A DNA stretch of 64,000 bases from Minisyncoccia bacterium (lineage in GTDB: Bacteria > Patescibacteriota > Minisyncoccia > Phycocordibacterales > Phycocordibacteraceae). Position numbers and translations under genes: made by a program. Below, piece by piece: positions 26,935 to 35,715 of this stretch. The stretch's first letter is position 1, and each line of letters opens with the position of its first letter. The notes beneath the pieces were generated by a model. That model saw nothing but the letters and a program-made list of their open reading frames with translations. It searched no databases and was not told where the DNA came from. The DNA lies in assembly GCA_038207395.1 (NCBI GenBank), contig JBBQZW010000001.1:77530-141529 (forward strand). Reading direction: 5' to 3'.

Positions 26935-28210
26935 TGATAGCTTGGTTAGCGGCGTCGAGTGCTTGCCCTACTGCACTACGTCCGCTCGTTATACTACTAA
27001 TCATAGTACTGAAGATGCGGTCAGTCGTTGCTGGTGATGGGGATAGCCACCCTTTTGCAATAAGTGCTTGTGGGTAATATACCGGAGCGTACCGGTCATT
27101 ATTAGCAGGCGTAAGAGCAGCACGCGTTGCAGGCGCCATAAAGAGAGTCTGTGAGACTACGGGCGCATAGGCGGTATCAGCAAGCGCAAATGCCACCGCC
27201 ACTGCTCCAGCGGCATTAGTTGAGGCTTTTGGCACCGAGAAAGCATATGCCTTTGCGTACGTTACTTTTTGTGCACTTGTCTGCGGCTGGGGTATGGCTG
27301 TCATATCAAAATCCAGGTTTGGATTCGAGGCTTTAAGGAATGGGAGCTCTGACGCAAAACCAGGATAGAAGACTAAACTGCCTGCAATAAATGCCTGACG
27401 TGCAGAGGGAATGGCACGGTTCCAGGAATACACCGTACGTGCAGGGTCAGCGAATTGAGTATAAAAACTCAGCGCTGACTGAGCTGGAGACGTCTTAGAA
27501 GTGCTTGTACCCCCTTCATTAAGGGTTGCTCGGAGACCATTAGTGCTTACTCCGGTAATGGTACTTCCGGCCTGGAGGAGAAGGAGCGAGACAGCCGCAC
27601 GTGCATTCTCAACATTCTCATACACTCCAAACGGCACCGTACTTTGAGAAACAGTCCCTCCAGACGTACGGGAGAGCTGCTCTGCAAGGCTAGTCACCGC
27701 TTCCCAGGATGTTGGCGGAGATGCGATACCTGCAGAGGTAAGAATACTGCGGTTGTAATACAACACGAGCGGATCAACGGTAAACGGCACTCCATACGTT
27801 CCATTAGCAGCTAAGAAGAGTTCGTCTATAGGAAGATAGGTATTTAAATACGTACGCTCAGAAATAGTTGAGAACGGTATGACTGAAAGCTTATTCTGCT
27901 GTGTTACTAATTCCTCTTGAGAGACAAGGATGAGATCGGGGCCATTGCCTGCGGCAATGGCCTGCGCAAGATCAACATCAAACGTATTCTCCGACTTCTC
28001 CTGGTAACTTACCCCTTGATACTCTTGGTTTGAAGAGCGAAGCGTATTTAAGATCTGCTCCATACTACTTTGTGGAAGTGTCCCCCAGATCGTAACTGCC
28101 CCAACCTTTGTACTAGCACTTCCAAAGCCTCCAAAATTTGAGAACAGCACAAGCCCAAGCACAATAAGAAAGCCGAAGATGGCGAGAAGTATGATCTGGA
28201 ACGGTTTCAT
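26921..28210 (-). CDS. extracellular solute-binding protein family 1-like (membrane-anchored, orphan)
   Basis: 429 aa with an N-terminal TM anchor followed by ..VGAVTIWGTLPQ..GVSYQEK..GNGPDLILVSQEEL..YGVPFTVDPLVLYYNRSIL.., collinear with sugar-type ABC SBP_bac_1. No permease or ATPase genes are nearby. Co-oriented and tightly spaced with the pilin array. Confidence 0.55.
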   Translation of the reverse strand: MKPFQIILLAIFGFLIVLGLVLFSNFGGFGSASTKVGAVTIWGTLPQSSMEQILNTLRSSNQEYQGVSYQEKSENTFDVDLAQAIAAGNGPDLILVSQEELVTQQNKLSVIPFSTISERTYLNTYLPIDELFLAANGTYGVPFTVDPLVLYYNRSILTSAGIASPPTSWEAVTSLAEQLSRTSGGTVSQSTVPFGVYENVENARAAVSLLLLQAGSTITGVSTNGLRATLNEGGTSTSKTSPAQSALSFYTQFADPARTVYSWNRAIPSARQAFIAGSLVFYPGFASELPFLKASNPNLDFDMTAIPQPQTSAQKVTYAKAYAFSVPKASTNAAGAVAVAFALADTAYAPVVSQTLFMAPATRAALTPANNDRYAPVYYPQALIAKGWLSPSPATTDRIFSTMISSITSGRSAVGQALDAANQAINASF

Positions 28211-28228
28211 ATACTAAGTTGTTACGGG

Positions 28229-28765
28229 TTAACGTTCAGGGGATGTAAAAACGATAGCATAGTGATGCGCACCCGCTCTAAAGTCTTTACCTTTATGGAA
28301 ACCTCCTGTAATGAAAAGTTCTTCTGCCGAATGTTCAGAAACTACATGCTGTGCATCGGGACCCATACCTCCATACGCACCCGCCCAATCAACCACCAGT
28401 ACTTTTCCTCCGGGTTTACTAATACGCAAACACTCAGCAACCATATTCTCTTTGTGTTCAATCTGAAATAGTACATTTGAGATAATGACTGCATCCATGG
28501 ACTGATCACGAAGTTTTGTACCTCCCTTGTTCTCAATGTTTCCCCACAGTGTTTCTATATTTCGGAGCCCACGCGCATGTGCTGAATCAAGTACATGCGT
28601 AAGTATGTCTTTCTGAATATCAATAGCGTACACGCGTCCGTCATGACCAACTGCTGCAGCTGCAGCTAGAGAATAGTGTCCGGTACCTGCGCCAAGATCA
28701 GCGACCTTCATCCCTTCACGAACTCCAAGCTGGAGTATGTTATTTTTTGGATCGGCAAAGTTCAT
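28229..28765 (-). CDS. class I SAM-dependent methyltransferase
   Basis: 178 aa with motif I (VADLGAGTGHYSL) and a post-I acidic residue (AIDIQ). A small Rossmann-fold MTase. Confidence 0.75.
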   Translation of the reverse strand: MNFADPKNNILQLGVREGMKVADLGAGTGHYSLAAAAAVGHDGRVYAIDIQKDILTHVLDSAHARGLRNIETLWGNIENKGGTKLRDQSMDAVIISNVLFQIEHKENMVAECLRISKPGGKVLVVDWAGAYGGMGPDAQHVVSEHSAEELFITGGFHKGKDFRAGAHHYAIVFTSPER

Positions 28766-28820
28766 TACTATAAAAATAGCACGGGTCGCCCTAAGGCGGC
28801 CCGTGCATCAACAATATCTT

Positions 28821-28982
28821 TTAGCAGACGCAACCCAAGGTGTTCATTGCTCGGGCTTGATCAAGCTCATGACGATTATCCCTGCCCATTGTGCGCATGT
28901 TGCTTGGAAGTCCGAATGGCATCACGCACTTTTTAACGACTGAGTGCGTAGGCGCAGAGGTATTCCGTTCTGGCGTATTCAT
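28821..28982 (-). CDS. small Cys-containing peptide (53 aa), first ORF of the MTase/SBP/pilin operon
   Basis: ATG preceded by AGGGGAAA 6-8 nt upstream. The product MNTPERNTSAPTHSVVKKCVMPFGLPSNMRTMGRDNRHELDQARAMNTLGCVC is directly downstream of a near-consensus promoter. It lies in an otherwise 300-nt non-coding gap and is below the ORF-track size cutoff. Confidence 0.3.
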   Translation of the reverse strand: MNTPERNTSAPTHSVVKKCVMPFGLPSNMRTMGRDNRHELDQARAMNTLGCVC

Positions 28983-29016
28983 GCTGATTTCCCCTGTACT
29001 GTGTTGACCAAGATAG

Positions 29017-29045
29017 GTTATACCACCGTATTTAAACAGTTACAA
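29017..29045 (-). promoter_or_regulatory. sigma-70-like promoter for the peptide-MTase-SBP-pilin operon
   Basis: On the minus strand: TTGTAA (29045-29040), a 17-nt spacer and TATAAC (29022-29017). It sits about 30 nt upstream of the small-peptide RBS and immediately downstream of the gyrA stop. Confidence 0.45.
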
Positions 29046-29072
29046 CACACAAACTTACTTGCGGTATAAAAA

Positions 29073-31541
29073 CTAAAGCGCAACCATCGAAGCAATTGAA
29101 TCGCCTTCACGCATTTTCATAATGCGCACACCCTGAGTAGCGCGTGAGAGACTTGGGATCTCTCCTGCTGAAACGCGGATAACCTGCCCCTTCTTCGAAA
29201 TAACGACAATCTCTTCTTCCTTTGCTTCGTCTCCAATAAGCACGCGTGCGCCGATAATTTCACCCGTCTTTGGCGTGACGTCAGCAGTCTTAATACCGGA
29301 GCCCCCTCGTCCTTGAATCTTATACTCAGTAAGCGGCGTTTTCTTTCCGTAGCCGTTCGCCATAATGATAAGGAGTGACGCGTTCTTAGGGTCAGCATTC
29401 ACGACTTCAGCGGAAACAATGCGGTCATCACCCTTAAGAGCCATTCCACGAACACCAGCCGCCGTGCGTCCCATTGCGCGCGTCTCAGCTTCTTCAAAAC
29501 GAATACTCTGTCCCTTTGAAGTAACGATAGAGATACTATCTTCAGCAGCCGTAAGATGTGCAGCCACAAGACGGTCATCTCCCTTGAGGTTAATAGCAAT
29601 GATTCCTGAGCGTCGAACATCTGCGAATGCCTTTGCCTCCACCTTCTTAATAGTTCCCTGATCGGTTACAAGGAATACGGAAAGCGCATCGCGTGCCGCT
29701 CCCTTTGGAGTTGCAAGTACACTTGTAACTTTTTCGTCAGAGGTCATTGAAAGGAAGTTCATAATGGACTTTCCTTTCGTCGCACGCTTTCCTTCAGGAA
29801 TTTCGTACATTTTTGTCTGATATACCTTTCCTTTATCTGTAAAGAAAAGAAGGTCACTGTGTGCAGATGCTTTAAGGAAATGCGTCACCACGTCTTCTTC
29901 CTTTGTTGAAATATCGATAACACCAACTCCCCCACGCTTCTGCGCTTTGAATTCGTCGGGATTATTGCGCTTTACGTATCCGCCTGCCGTAAGTACCAAA
30001 ACGCTATCTTCGTCAGGAACGAGGTCTTCTACAGAAATATTTTTCACGCCACCCTTCACGATCTTAGTGCGTCGTGCGTCAGAATATTTATCCGCAAACT
30101 CAGAGAGTTCACTTCGTACCACAGCAAGGATATTCTTTGCAGAAGAAAGAATCTTCTTGAGCTTAGCGATAAGAATCTGGAGCTCGGCAAGTTCGTCTTC
30201 AATTTTCTTACGCTCAAGACCCGCAAGCGTCTGAAGACGCATGGCGAGAATAGCGGCTGTCTGGCGCTCTGAGAACGCGAACTTTTTAATAAGATTCTTT
30301 GATGCCTCAGGAACATCCTTAGACTTCTTTATGATTGCGATCACCTCATCAATGTGATCAAGCGCTTTTGAAAGGCCGAGGAGGATGTGTTCACGTTCTT
30401 CTGCTTTTCGAAGCTCGTATTCAGTTCGACGCTTTACGACAAGCTGGCGGTGCTTTACGAACTCTTCGAGCATTCCCTTAAGAGAAAGGGTTTGCGGCAC
30501 GCCGTCCACGAGCGCGAGCATGTTGTAGTGGAACGTGCTCTCAAGTTCTGTGTGTTTGTAGAGGGTATTTAAAACAGCCTGAGGATGCGCCGTTCCTTTG
30601 AGCTCAACCACTACGCGAATGTCCGCAGTTGACTCGTCCCGAAGATCCTTAATACCTTCAATCTTTTTGTCTCGTACCAAATCAGCGATGCGAGTAATAA
30701 GATCCGACTTATTAACGCGGAATGGAATGGAGGTGATGATAATGTTTGTACCCTTTTTATCTTCAATGATTTCCGCTTCACCACGAACTACCACGCCGCC
30801 ACGCCCACCCGTGTACGCGTGTTTAATATCAGCCTGATTAAAGGCAATACCACCCATTGGGAAATCCGGTCCTTTAACAAACTGAAGAAGGTCGTCGGTG
30901 GTAGCTTCTGAGTTATCTATCAAATGCATGGTCGCGTCAGCAACCTCGCGCAGGTTATGAGGCGGAATGTTCGTCGCCATACCCACTGCAATGCCGAGTG
31001 CACCATTAAGGAGGAGGTTCGGTGCTGCCGCAGGCAGCACCGTTGGCTCCTGCTTTGAACCATCAAAGTTCGGTGCCCAGTCCACGGTTTCCTTTTCAAG
31101 ATCACGAAGCATTTCGTCCGCAACGCGTGACATACGTGCTTCGGTATAACGATACGCAGCGGCAGGATCTCCATCGATAGAACCGAAGTTTCCCTGACCT
31201 TGAACGAGCGGGTAGCGCGTCGTGAAGTCCTGCGCGAGTTTTACCATTGCCTCATACACGGAAGAGTCTCCGTGTGGGTGGTACGAACCGAGCACTTCTC
31301 CGACTACGGTCGCTGACTTACGGAACTTAGCGGTAGGGGTGAGACCGGTCTGACGCATCGCGAACAAAATACGACGATGCACAGGCTTCAAACCGTCACG
31401 CACATCAGGAAGCGCGCGCGAAGTAATAACGGACATCGCATAGTCCAAATACGAAGATCGCATCTCAGTCGTGATTGACTGGTCAATTATATTTTCGATA
31501 GCCTTAGGCTCTCCTGGTACGGGTGCTTCGTTCTTTGCCAT
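29073..31541 (-). CDS. gyrA: DNA gyrase subunit A
   Basis: 822 aa with a GyrA N-terminal breakage-reunion domain (..[21 protein letters not shown].., active-site Tyr region) and C-terminal beta-pinwheel repeats. No gyrB is adjacent. Confidence 0.9.
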   Translation of the reverse strand: MAKNEAPVPGEPKAIENIIDQSITTEMRSSYLDYAMSVITSRALPDVRDGLKPVHRRILFAMRQTGLTPTAKFRKSATVVGEVLGSYHPHGDSSVYEAMVKLAQDFTTRYPLVQGQGNFGSIDGDPAAAYRYTEARMSRVADEMLRDLEKETVDWAPNFDGSKQEPTVLPAAAPNLLLNGALGIAVGMATNIPPHNLREVADATMHLIDNSEATTDDLLQFVKGPDFPMGGIAFNQADIKHAYTGGRGGVVVRGEAEIIEDKKGTNIIITSIPFRVNKSDLITRIADLVRDKKIEGIKDLRDESTADIRVVVELKGTAHPQAVLNTLYKHTELESTFHYNMLALVDGVPQTLSLKGMLEEFVKHRQLVVKRRTEYELRKAEEREHILLGLSKALDHIDEVIAIIKKSKDVPEASKNLIKKFAFSERQTAAILAMRLQTLAGLERKKIEDELAELQILIAKLKKILSSAKNILAVVRSELSEFADKYSDARRTKIVKGGVKNISVEDLVPDEDSVLVLTAGGYVKRNNPDEFKAQKRGGVGVIDISTKEEDVVTHFLKASAHSDLLFFTDKGKVYQTKMYEIPEGKRATKGKSIMNFLSMTSDEKVTSVLATPKGAARDALSVFLVTDQGTIKKVEAKAFADVRRSGIIAINLKGDDRLVAAHLTAAEDSISIVTSKGQSIRFEEAETRAMGRTAAGVRGMALKGDDRIVSAEVVNADPKNASLLIIMANGYGKKTPLTEYKIQGRGGSGIKTADVTPKTGEIIGARVLIGDEAKEEEIVVISKKGQVIRVSAGEIPSLSRATQGVRIMKMREGDSIASMVAL

Positions 31542-31550
31542 GATGAAAAA

Positions 31551-31919
31551 CTAAAAAGGAATGATTGTTGCGGATTGATTGGTAGCGTTTGAGTTTGTTT
31601 TAAACGAGGACGAAGTACCTCCATCTATGATGACGAGCGCTGGCTTCGACGTAGTGCTATTTGTCGCGGCACCTACGGCGCCGAGTAGCTGAGAAAAGTT
31701 AGATTGTACATTAGTACCCGAAAGAGCGAATGAGTCGGTCTTAGGTGCGGTGTCCGCAGGAACAGGTACACCACTTCCAAGCGCGAGCGTTCCAGACGAA
31801 ACCATTGTTCCCGCCCAGATAACTCCAACAAGCCCAGTAATACCAGCGCTCGTACCCACAGCCACACGCTTACGAATGTGCTCTGGTTTCTCCTTTAGAT
31901 TGGCGATGAAATCTTTCAT
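31551..31919 (-). CDS. hypothetical membrane-anchored protein
   Basis: 122 aa with an N-terminal TM (GITGLVGVIWAGTMV) and a Ser/Thr/Asn-rich tail. Confidence 0.4.
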   Translation of the reverse strand: MKDFIANLKEKPEHIRKRVAVGTSAGITGLVGVIWAGTMVSSGTLALGSGVPVPADTAPKTDSFALSGTNVQSNFSQLLGAVGAATNSTTSKPALVIIDGGTSSSFKTNSNATNQSATIIPF

Positions 31920-31935
31920 AGATATTTATCAGCAC

Positions 31936-32577
31936 TTAAGAGCTTATTACTATGATAGCACCATCTTTATCTGCAACGTCTTTCTTCTTGAGCGTAAGTT
32001 TGTCCACTTTTTCAGCTTCTCCACCCTCTTCCTTAAGAAACGCTTCTAGTGCTTTTGGCTCACCCATTCCACTCCAGTGCATGGGAATAATTATTTTTGG
32101 TTCAAGCATCGTGGCAAGCTTGCTCGCTTCCGCCGCATCAAGAACGCCGTCTCCTCCAACCGGTACAAAAAGTACGTCAATCTCATCAATCGCTTCTTTT
32201 GCGTTTGCAGGAAGTGTTGTTCCGGACATTGCGCCAAGATGTACGAGCGTCATTCCTTCAAGCTTGACGGAGTATATTGTGTTCACTGCTTCAGTCTGTC
32301 CCTTCCCAAGCGCATATTCACTTTTCGTTAGAAAACCTTGAATAGTCACCCCTTCTTTCTCATATTCACCAGGTCCGTTAATCACGAAAGGGTCCTTCCC
32401 TCCAAATGAAACTTCACTCGTTCCATTCATATCAGGATGATTACGGGACACAAGAGCAATATCAGCACCAAAGCGAACAGGAGGAAGCGTGCCTGACTTT
32501 GAGATTGGATCAAAAACCAAGGTAAAGTCGCCAAAGGTGACTTTGAAGCACTGTCCTGCGTGATGCGTAATAACCAT
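31936..32577 (-). CDS. metallo-beta-lactamase-fold metal-dependent hydrolase
   Basis: 213 aa (MVITHHAGQCFKV..DIALVSRNHPDM..IIIPMHW) with the small UPF0173-like MBL-fold pattern. Confidence 0.65.
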   Translation of the reverse strand: MVITHHAGQCFKVTFGDFTLVFDPISKSGTLPPVRFGADIALVSRNHPDMNGTSEVSFGGKDPFVINGPGEYEKEGVTIQGFLTKSEYALGKGQTEAVNTIYSVKLEGMTLVHLGAMSGTTLPANAKEAIDEIDVLFVPVGGDGVLDAAEASKLATMLEPKIIIPMHWSGMGEPKALEAFLKEEGGEAEKVDKLTLKKKDVADKDGAIIVISS

Positions 32578-32760
32578 GTTCTCTATATTCTACCATTTCT
32601 CCCCATACCTGTCGCTTTCATGAACAGATAAAATCACTGTCCCCACCTACCCTCTAGTACTTGACAATATTTTGTGTGTGTGATAACTTTATTTTTGTTA
32701 GGCCTGCGTAATTCGTACGTAGGAACGATCCTGACATGATCAATGAAAAGGAGAATTGCT

Positions 32761-33075
32761 ATGCGGAATCTTCGCATATTCGCAATCGCGGCGCTCGCAT
32801 GCACCGCGCTCTCGACGCCGGCGTTCGCGACCGAACACATCGACCCGGGGCGCTCGGTGAATAATCTCGATTCGAACAACATCTCGGCCGACAACCGCGC
32901 GACCACGCTGGTCGGCGCGCTGAACACGCAACCGATGTCGAACGACTCGCCGACCGCGACGCGCCCGGAGGTGCGTATGCTCCCTGCTGGCTCGTTGTCG
33001 GCTTCGAACGGCATGTACACATTGGGCGCAGATCGTCTCAACTCGAACGGCAATGCCGGCGGCGCGCTGACCTGA
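32761..33075 (+). CDS. small secreted protein encoded in a high-GC mini-island
   Basis: 104 aa with an AAAGGAG RBS 7 nt upstream and a signal peptide (MRNLRIFAIAALACTALSTPAFA). The mature part is Asn/Ser/Ala/Gly-rich. The segment is roughly 65% GC with a strong G/C third-position bias, unlike the flanks. A TTGACA -35 lies about 75 nt upstream and a hairpin terminator downstream. Confidence 0.5.
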   Translation: MRNLRIFAIAALACTALSTPAFATEHIDPGRSVNNLDSNNISADNRATTLVGALNTQPMSNDSPTATRPEVRMLPAGSLSASNGMYTLGADRLNSNGNAGGALT

Positions 33076-33121
33076 CCGGTCGGCCGCGGCTATAAACGAA
33101 CCAGGCGTTTCCTGGTAACAA

Positions 33122-33166
33122 TGGGCCCGACTATGACAAAAGCAGATGCTTTGTCTGGTCGGGCCC
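33122..33166 (+). terminator. hairpin terminator after the GC-rich gene
   Basis: GGGCCCGAC (33122-33130) pairs with GTCGGGCCC (33158-33166) around a 27-nt loop, followed by TAACTATTTTCT. Confidence 0.4.
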
Positions 33167-33263
33167 TAACTATTTTCTAACGTAATTATCTTATACACTT
33201 CCTTCATCTGATGGTCAGCGTTAGGATAGTGTCTGGCGCTCATGCCAAAAAGGAGTAACCGTA

Positions 33264-33446
33264 ATGAGTGATAGTGATCTTTCAACCACAAATGCATCCG
33301 CCACAAACGAAGAGTCTGGACAGAATTCGCCACGAATTCTGTTCCCGGGTCAGTTCCGATTATTCGACCCAATGGTCGATGTTCCAGAGAATCAAATCTG
33401 TTTTGATGGCTTTGATGAGCACTTGTGTGGTGGTGGATACAATTAG
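33264..33446 (+). CDS. small acidic hypothetical protein (60 aa)
   Basis: AAAAGGAG RBS 8 nt upstream of the ATG. Acidic and Ser/Thr-rich, and followed directly by a rho-independent terminator. Confidence 0.4.
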   Translation: MSDSDLSTTNASATNEESGQNSPRILFPGQFRLFDPMVDVPENQICFDGFDEHLCGGGYN

Positions 33447-33466
33447 GGTATCCAAAGATATGAAAA

Positions 33467-33497
33467 TGGGTGGGTCCTTTGGACCCACCTTTTACTA
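33467..33497 (+). terminator. rho-independent terminator
   Basis: Hairpin GGGTGGGTCC-ttt-GGACCCACC followed by TTTTACTATTATTTT. Confidence 0.65.
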
Positions 33498-33659
33498 TTA
33501 TTTTATGAGATATCTTTCTTTTTACGCTGTTTATGGTACATTTCCGGTATCGCGAGGGCGTATATAAGCCGCGAGCAGGCTATCCCTGGTTACCGGTTTC
33601 TTTGATTAAAGGAACCTGGCCAGTACCTGCCGCGTACCACGCCCCGTTTCATTTATTAT

Positions 33660-34802
33660 ATGCATGAAGAAACTTCTGCAGAAACTCCGGTTGCTGCACC
33701 AGTCCCCCTTTCCTTTACGCTTGATGCAAGCCACCCAATGGCGAAGCACCTTGATGCAATAAAGAACCCGCCTCTGGCTGGGGACGTTGTTGAAGGAACT
33801 ATTATTGAACTCGTTCGTGGACGCCTTTATGTAGATCTTCCTCCATGGGGATCCGGTATCATTTATGGTCGCGAATACCTCAACGCTGCCGACGTTCTCC
33901 GAAAGGTGAATCCAGGAGACACTATCACGGCAAAGGTTGTTGATCCCGCTGGTATTGATGGCTACATCGAACTTTCTCTCAAGGAAGCTCGCCAGGCAGC
34001 TATCTGGGGCGAAGCTGAAGCTGCTATTCTTAACGCCAACACCTTCAACCTTACCGTTGAAGAAGCTAACAAAGGTGGCCTCATCCTTTCGTGGCAGGGT
34101 ATCAAAGGATTCCTTCCCGCATCCCAGCTCTCGAAGGATCACTATCCACGCGTTCCTGAGGGAGACAAAGATAAGATCTTTGGTGAACTTCTAAAACTCC
34201 AGGGTACTCAGCTTGCCGTTCGTATCATCACTGCTGACGCGAAGGAAGGTAAGCTCATCTTCTCAGAGAAGAGTGGTGAAGAAGAGACGGAAAAGACAAA
34301 TCTTATTGATAAGTACCAGGTTGGCGATGTTGCACTTGGTGAAGTGACTGGAGCCGTTGACTTTGGCGTCTTCGTTAAACTTGAGCAGGGTCTTGAAGGA
34401 CTCGTTCACATTAGTGAACTTGACTGGGGACTCGTTGAAGATCCTCGTACCATGTACACCGTAGGTGACCGTGTTGAGGTGAAGGTTATCGAAATCAAAG
34501 AAGGTAAGGTTTCTCTCTCAATCAAGGCACTTAAGGACAATCCTTGGAAGACCGCTTCTGAGCAGTACAAGAAAGGTCAGGAAGTTACGGGTGTCATCAT
34601 TAAGTACAACAAGCACGGAGCACTCGCTTCTATCGAAGAAGGTGTTGCAGGACTCGTTCACATTAGTGAATTTGCCACCCCTGCAGAACTTCGTGAGACC
34701 CTTGAACTTGGTAAGACGTACCCATTCACAATCACGCTCTTTGAGCCTAAGGATCAGCGTATGACCCTTACGTTCACTGGGCCAAAGGGAGCGAAGAAAT
34801 AA
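33660..34802 (+). CDS. rpsA: 30S ribosomal protein S1 (four S1 domains)
   Basis: 380 aa with repeated S1 OB-fold motifs (GDVVEGTIIEL.., GFLPASQLS.., GDVALGEVTGAVDFGVFVKL.., GQEVTGVIIKYNKHGALASI..). Confidence 0.85.
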   Translation: MHEETSAETPVAAPVPLSFTLDASHPMAKHLDAIKNPPLAGDVVEGTIIELVRGRLYVDLPPWGSGIIYGREYLNAADVLRKVNPGDTITAKVVDPAGIDGYIELSLKEARQAAIWGEAEAAILNANTFNLTVEEANKGGLILSWQGIKGFLPASQLSKDHYPRVPEGDKDKIFGELLKLQGTQLAVRIITADAKEGKLIFSEKSGEEETEKTNLIDKYQVGDVALGEVTGAVDFGVFVKLEQGLEGLVHISELDWGLVEDPRTMYTVGDRVEVKVIEIKEGKVSLSIKALKDNPWKTASEQYKKGQEVTGVIIKYNKHGALASIEEGVAGLVHISEFATPAELRETLELGKTYPFTITLFEPKDQRMTLTFTGPKGAKK

Positions 34803-34826
34803 GACAAATAAACGGTTAAAGAAATA

Positions 34827-34856
34827 GGGCCCCGCTTGCTACGCAAGCGGGGCCCT
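34827..34856. terminator. bidirectional hairpin terminator
   Basis: AGGGCCCCGCTTGC-ta-GCAAGCGGGGCCCT between convergent rpsA and ORF 34855-35625. Confidence 0.6.
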
Positions 34857-35625
34857 AGCCGTTTACCTTAACTGGGTAGCTCATGTCGTTTTCATCGACT
34901 GGCACCCATTCAAAATAATGATTTGTTTTAGGTTCATGGTATCCAGCAGGATTGAAGTACTCATCAGGCATGGCCCAAATGAAATGCTCCAGCCGATTTC
35001 TCGTAAGAGTCCCCGGATACCGCTTCGTCCATCGAACATCAGGGAGTGAGGGTAGTGCCCTCTCACACACCGACATCTCTTTTATGTCTTGTACCATTGG
35101 GTAGTCAGACATCGGAAAAAGATGTGGTGAGATAAGATGTTCAGGCGAAGGATGAAGGGTTAGTTCTTGCTGAAGTGCGCGAATCGCAGCCTGCAAAAAC
35201 GTTTCGTGCACAAGATTTCGTTTCTCACTCATAGAGTTACGGTAGGTCCTGCGCACCGCTTCATTTCCTTCAAGATGGTATTCGCGAAGCCACTTTTTAC
35301 TAATATGTCGCGGATTCAGTAGCGTCGGCTGATGAACATTTGCCGTGACATACAGCGTAGCGGTTTCAATGTCTCGCAGAATATATTTTGTACCCTGGTA
35401 CTCAATGACACTCAGGACACATTCGTGTTCTCGAAACTCTTTTAGAAGTACCGCTACGGACTTAGAGCCTTTCGCTGTTCCCCACTCTCTAAATCCTGGA
35501 ACATATAGCTCCAGAAATATGAGCAGACTCTCTTCAGAATCAATACGCAATGGCTCTTCTGAGAGATTGAATAGCTCGTGTAATACATGTATAAGCCCTT
35601 CAGGAAGGGCGTTCATGGTGGTCAT
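34855..35625 (-). CDS. hypothetical cytoplasmic protein
   Basis: 256-aa ORF with no TM segments and no motif I can assign. Wedged between rpsA and pth. Confidence 0.45.
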   Translation of the reverse strand: MTTMNALPEGLIHVLHELFNLSEEPLRIDSEESLLIFLELYVPGFREWGTAKGSKSVAVLLKEFREHECVLSVIEYQGTKYILRDIETATLYVTANVHQPTLLNPRHISKKWLREYHLEGNEAVRRTYRNSMSEKRNLVHETFLQAAIRALQQELTLHPSPEHLISPHLFPMSDYPMVQDIKEMSVCERALPSLPDVRWTKRYPGTLTRNRLEHFIWAMPDEYFNPAGYHEPKTNHYFEWVPVDENDMSYPVKVNG

Positions 35626-35715
35626 GAGGTCCTCCTAATGAACCGGAACTAAATACCTGGCCGTACTATGCAACGAATAGACTTAAAGCACAATCCGTAT
35701 TCTTCATGAAGAATA

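Noticed and set aside
26921-28210. The SBP-like gene as part of a complete ABC importer.
   Set aside because: No permease or ATPase genes lie on either side. Its neighbours are a methyltransferase and pilin-like genes. It is treated as an orphan binding protein whose function here is unknown.
32634-33075. Multiple overlapping ORFs on both strands in the high-GC islet (32634-33053 minus, 32740-32931 minus, 32759-33022 minus).
   Set aside because: GC-rich DNA yields long open frames in all phases. Only the plus-strand frame has an RBS, a signal peptide and a downstream hairpin. The others are Arg/Ala-rich antisense frames.
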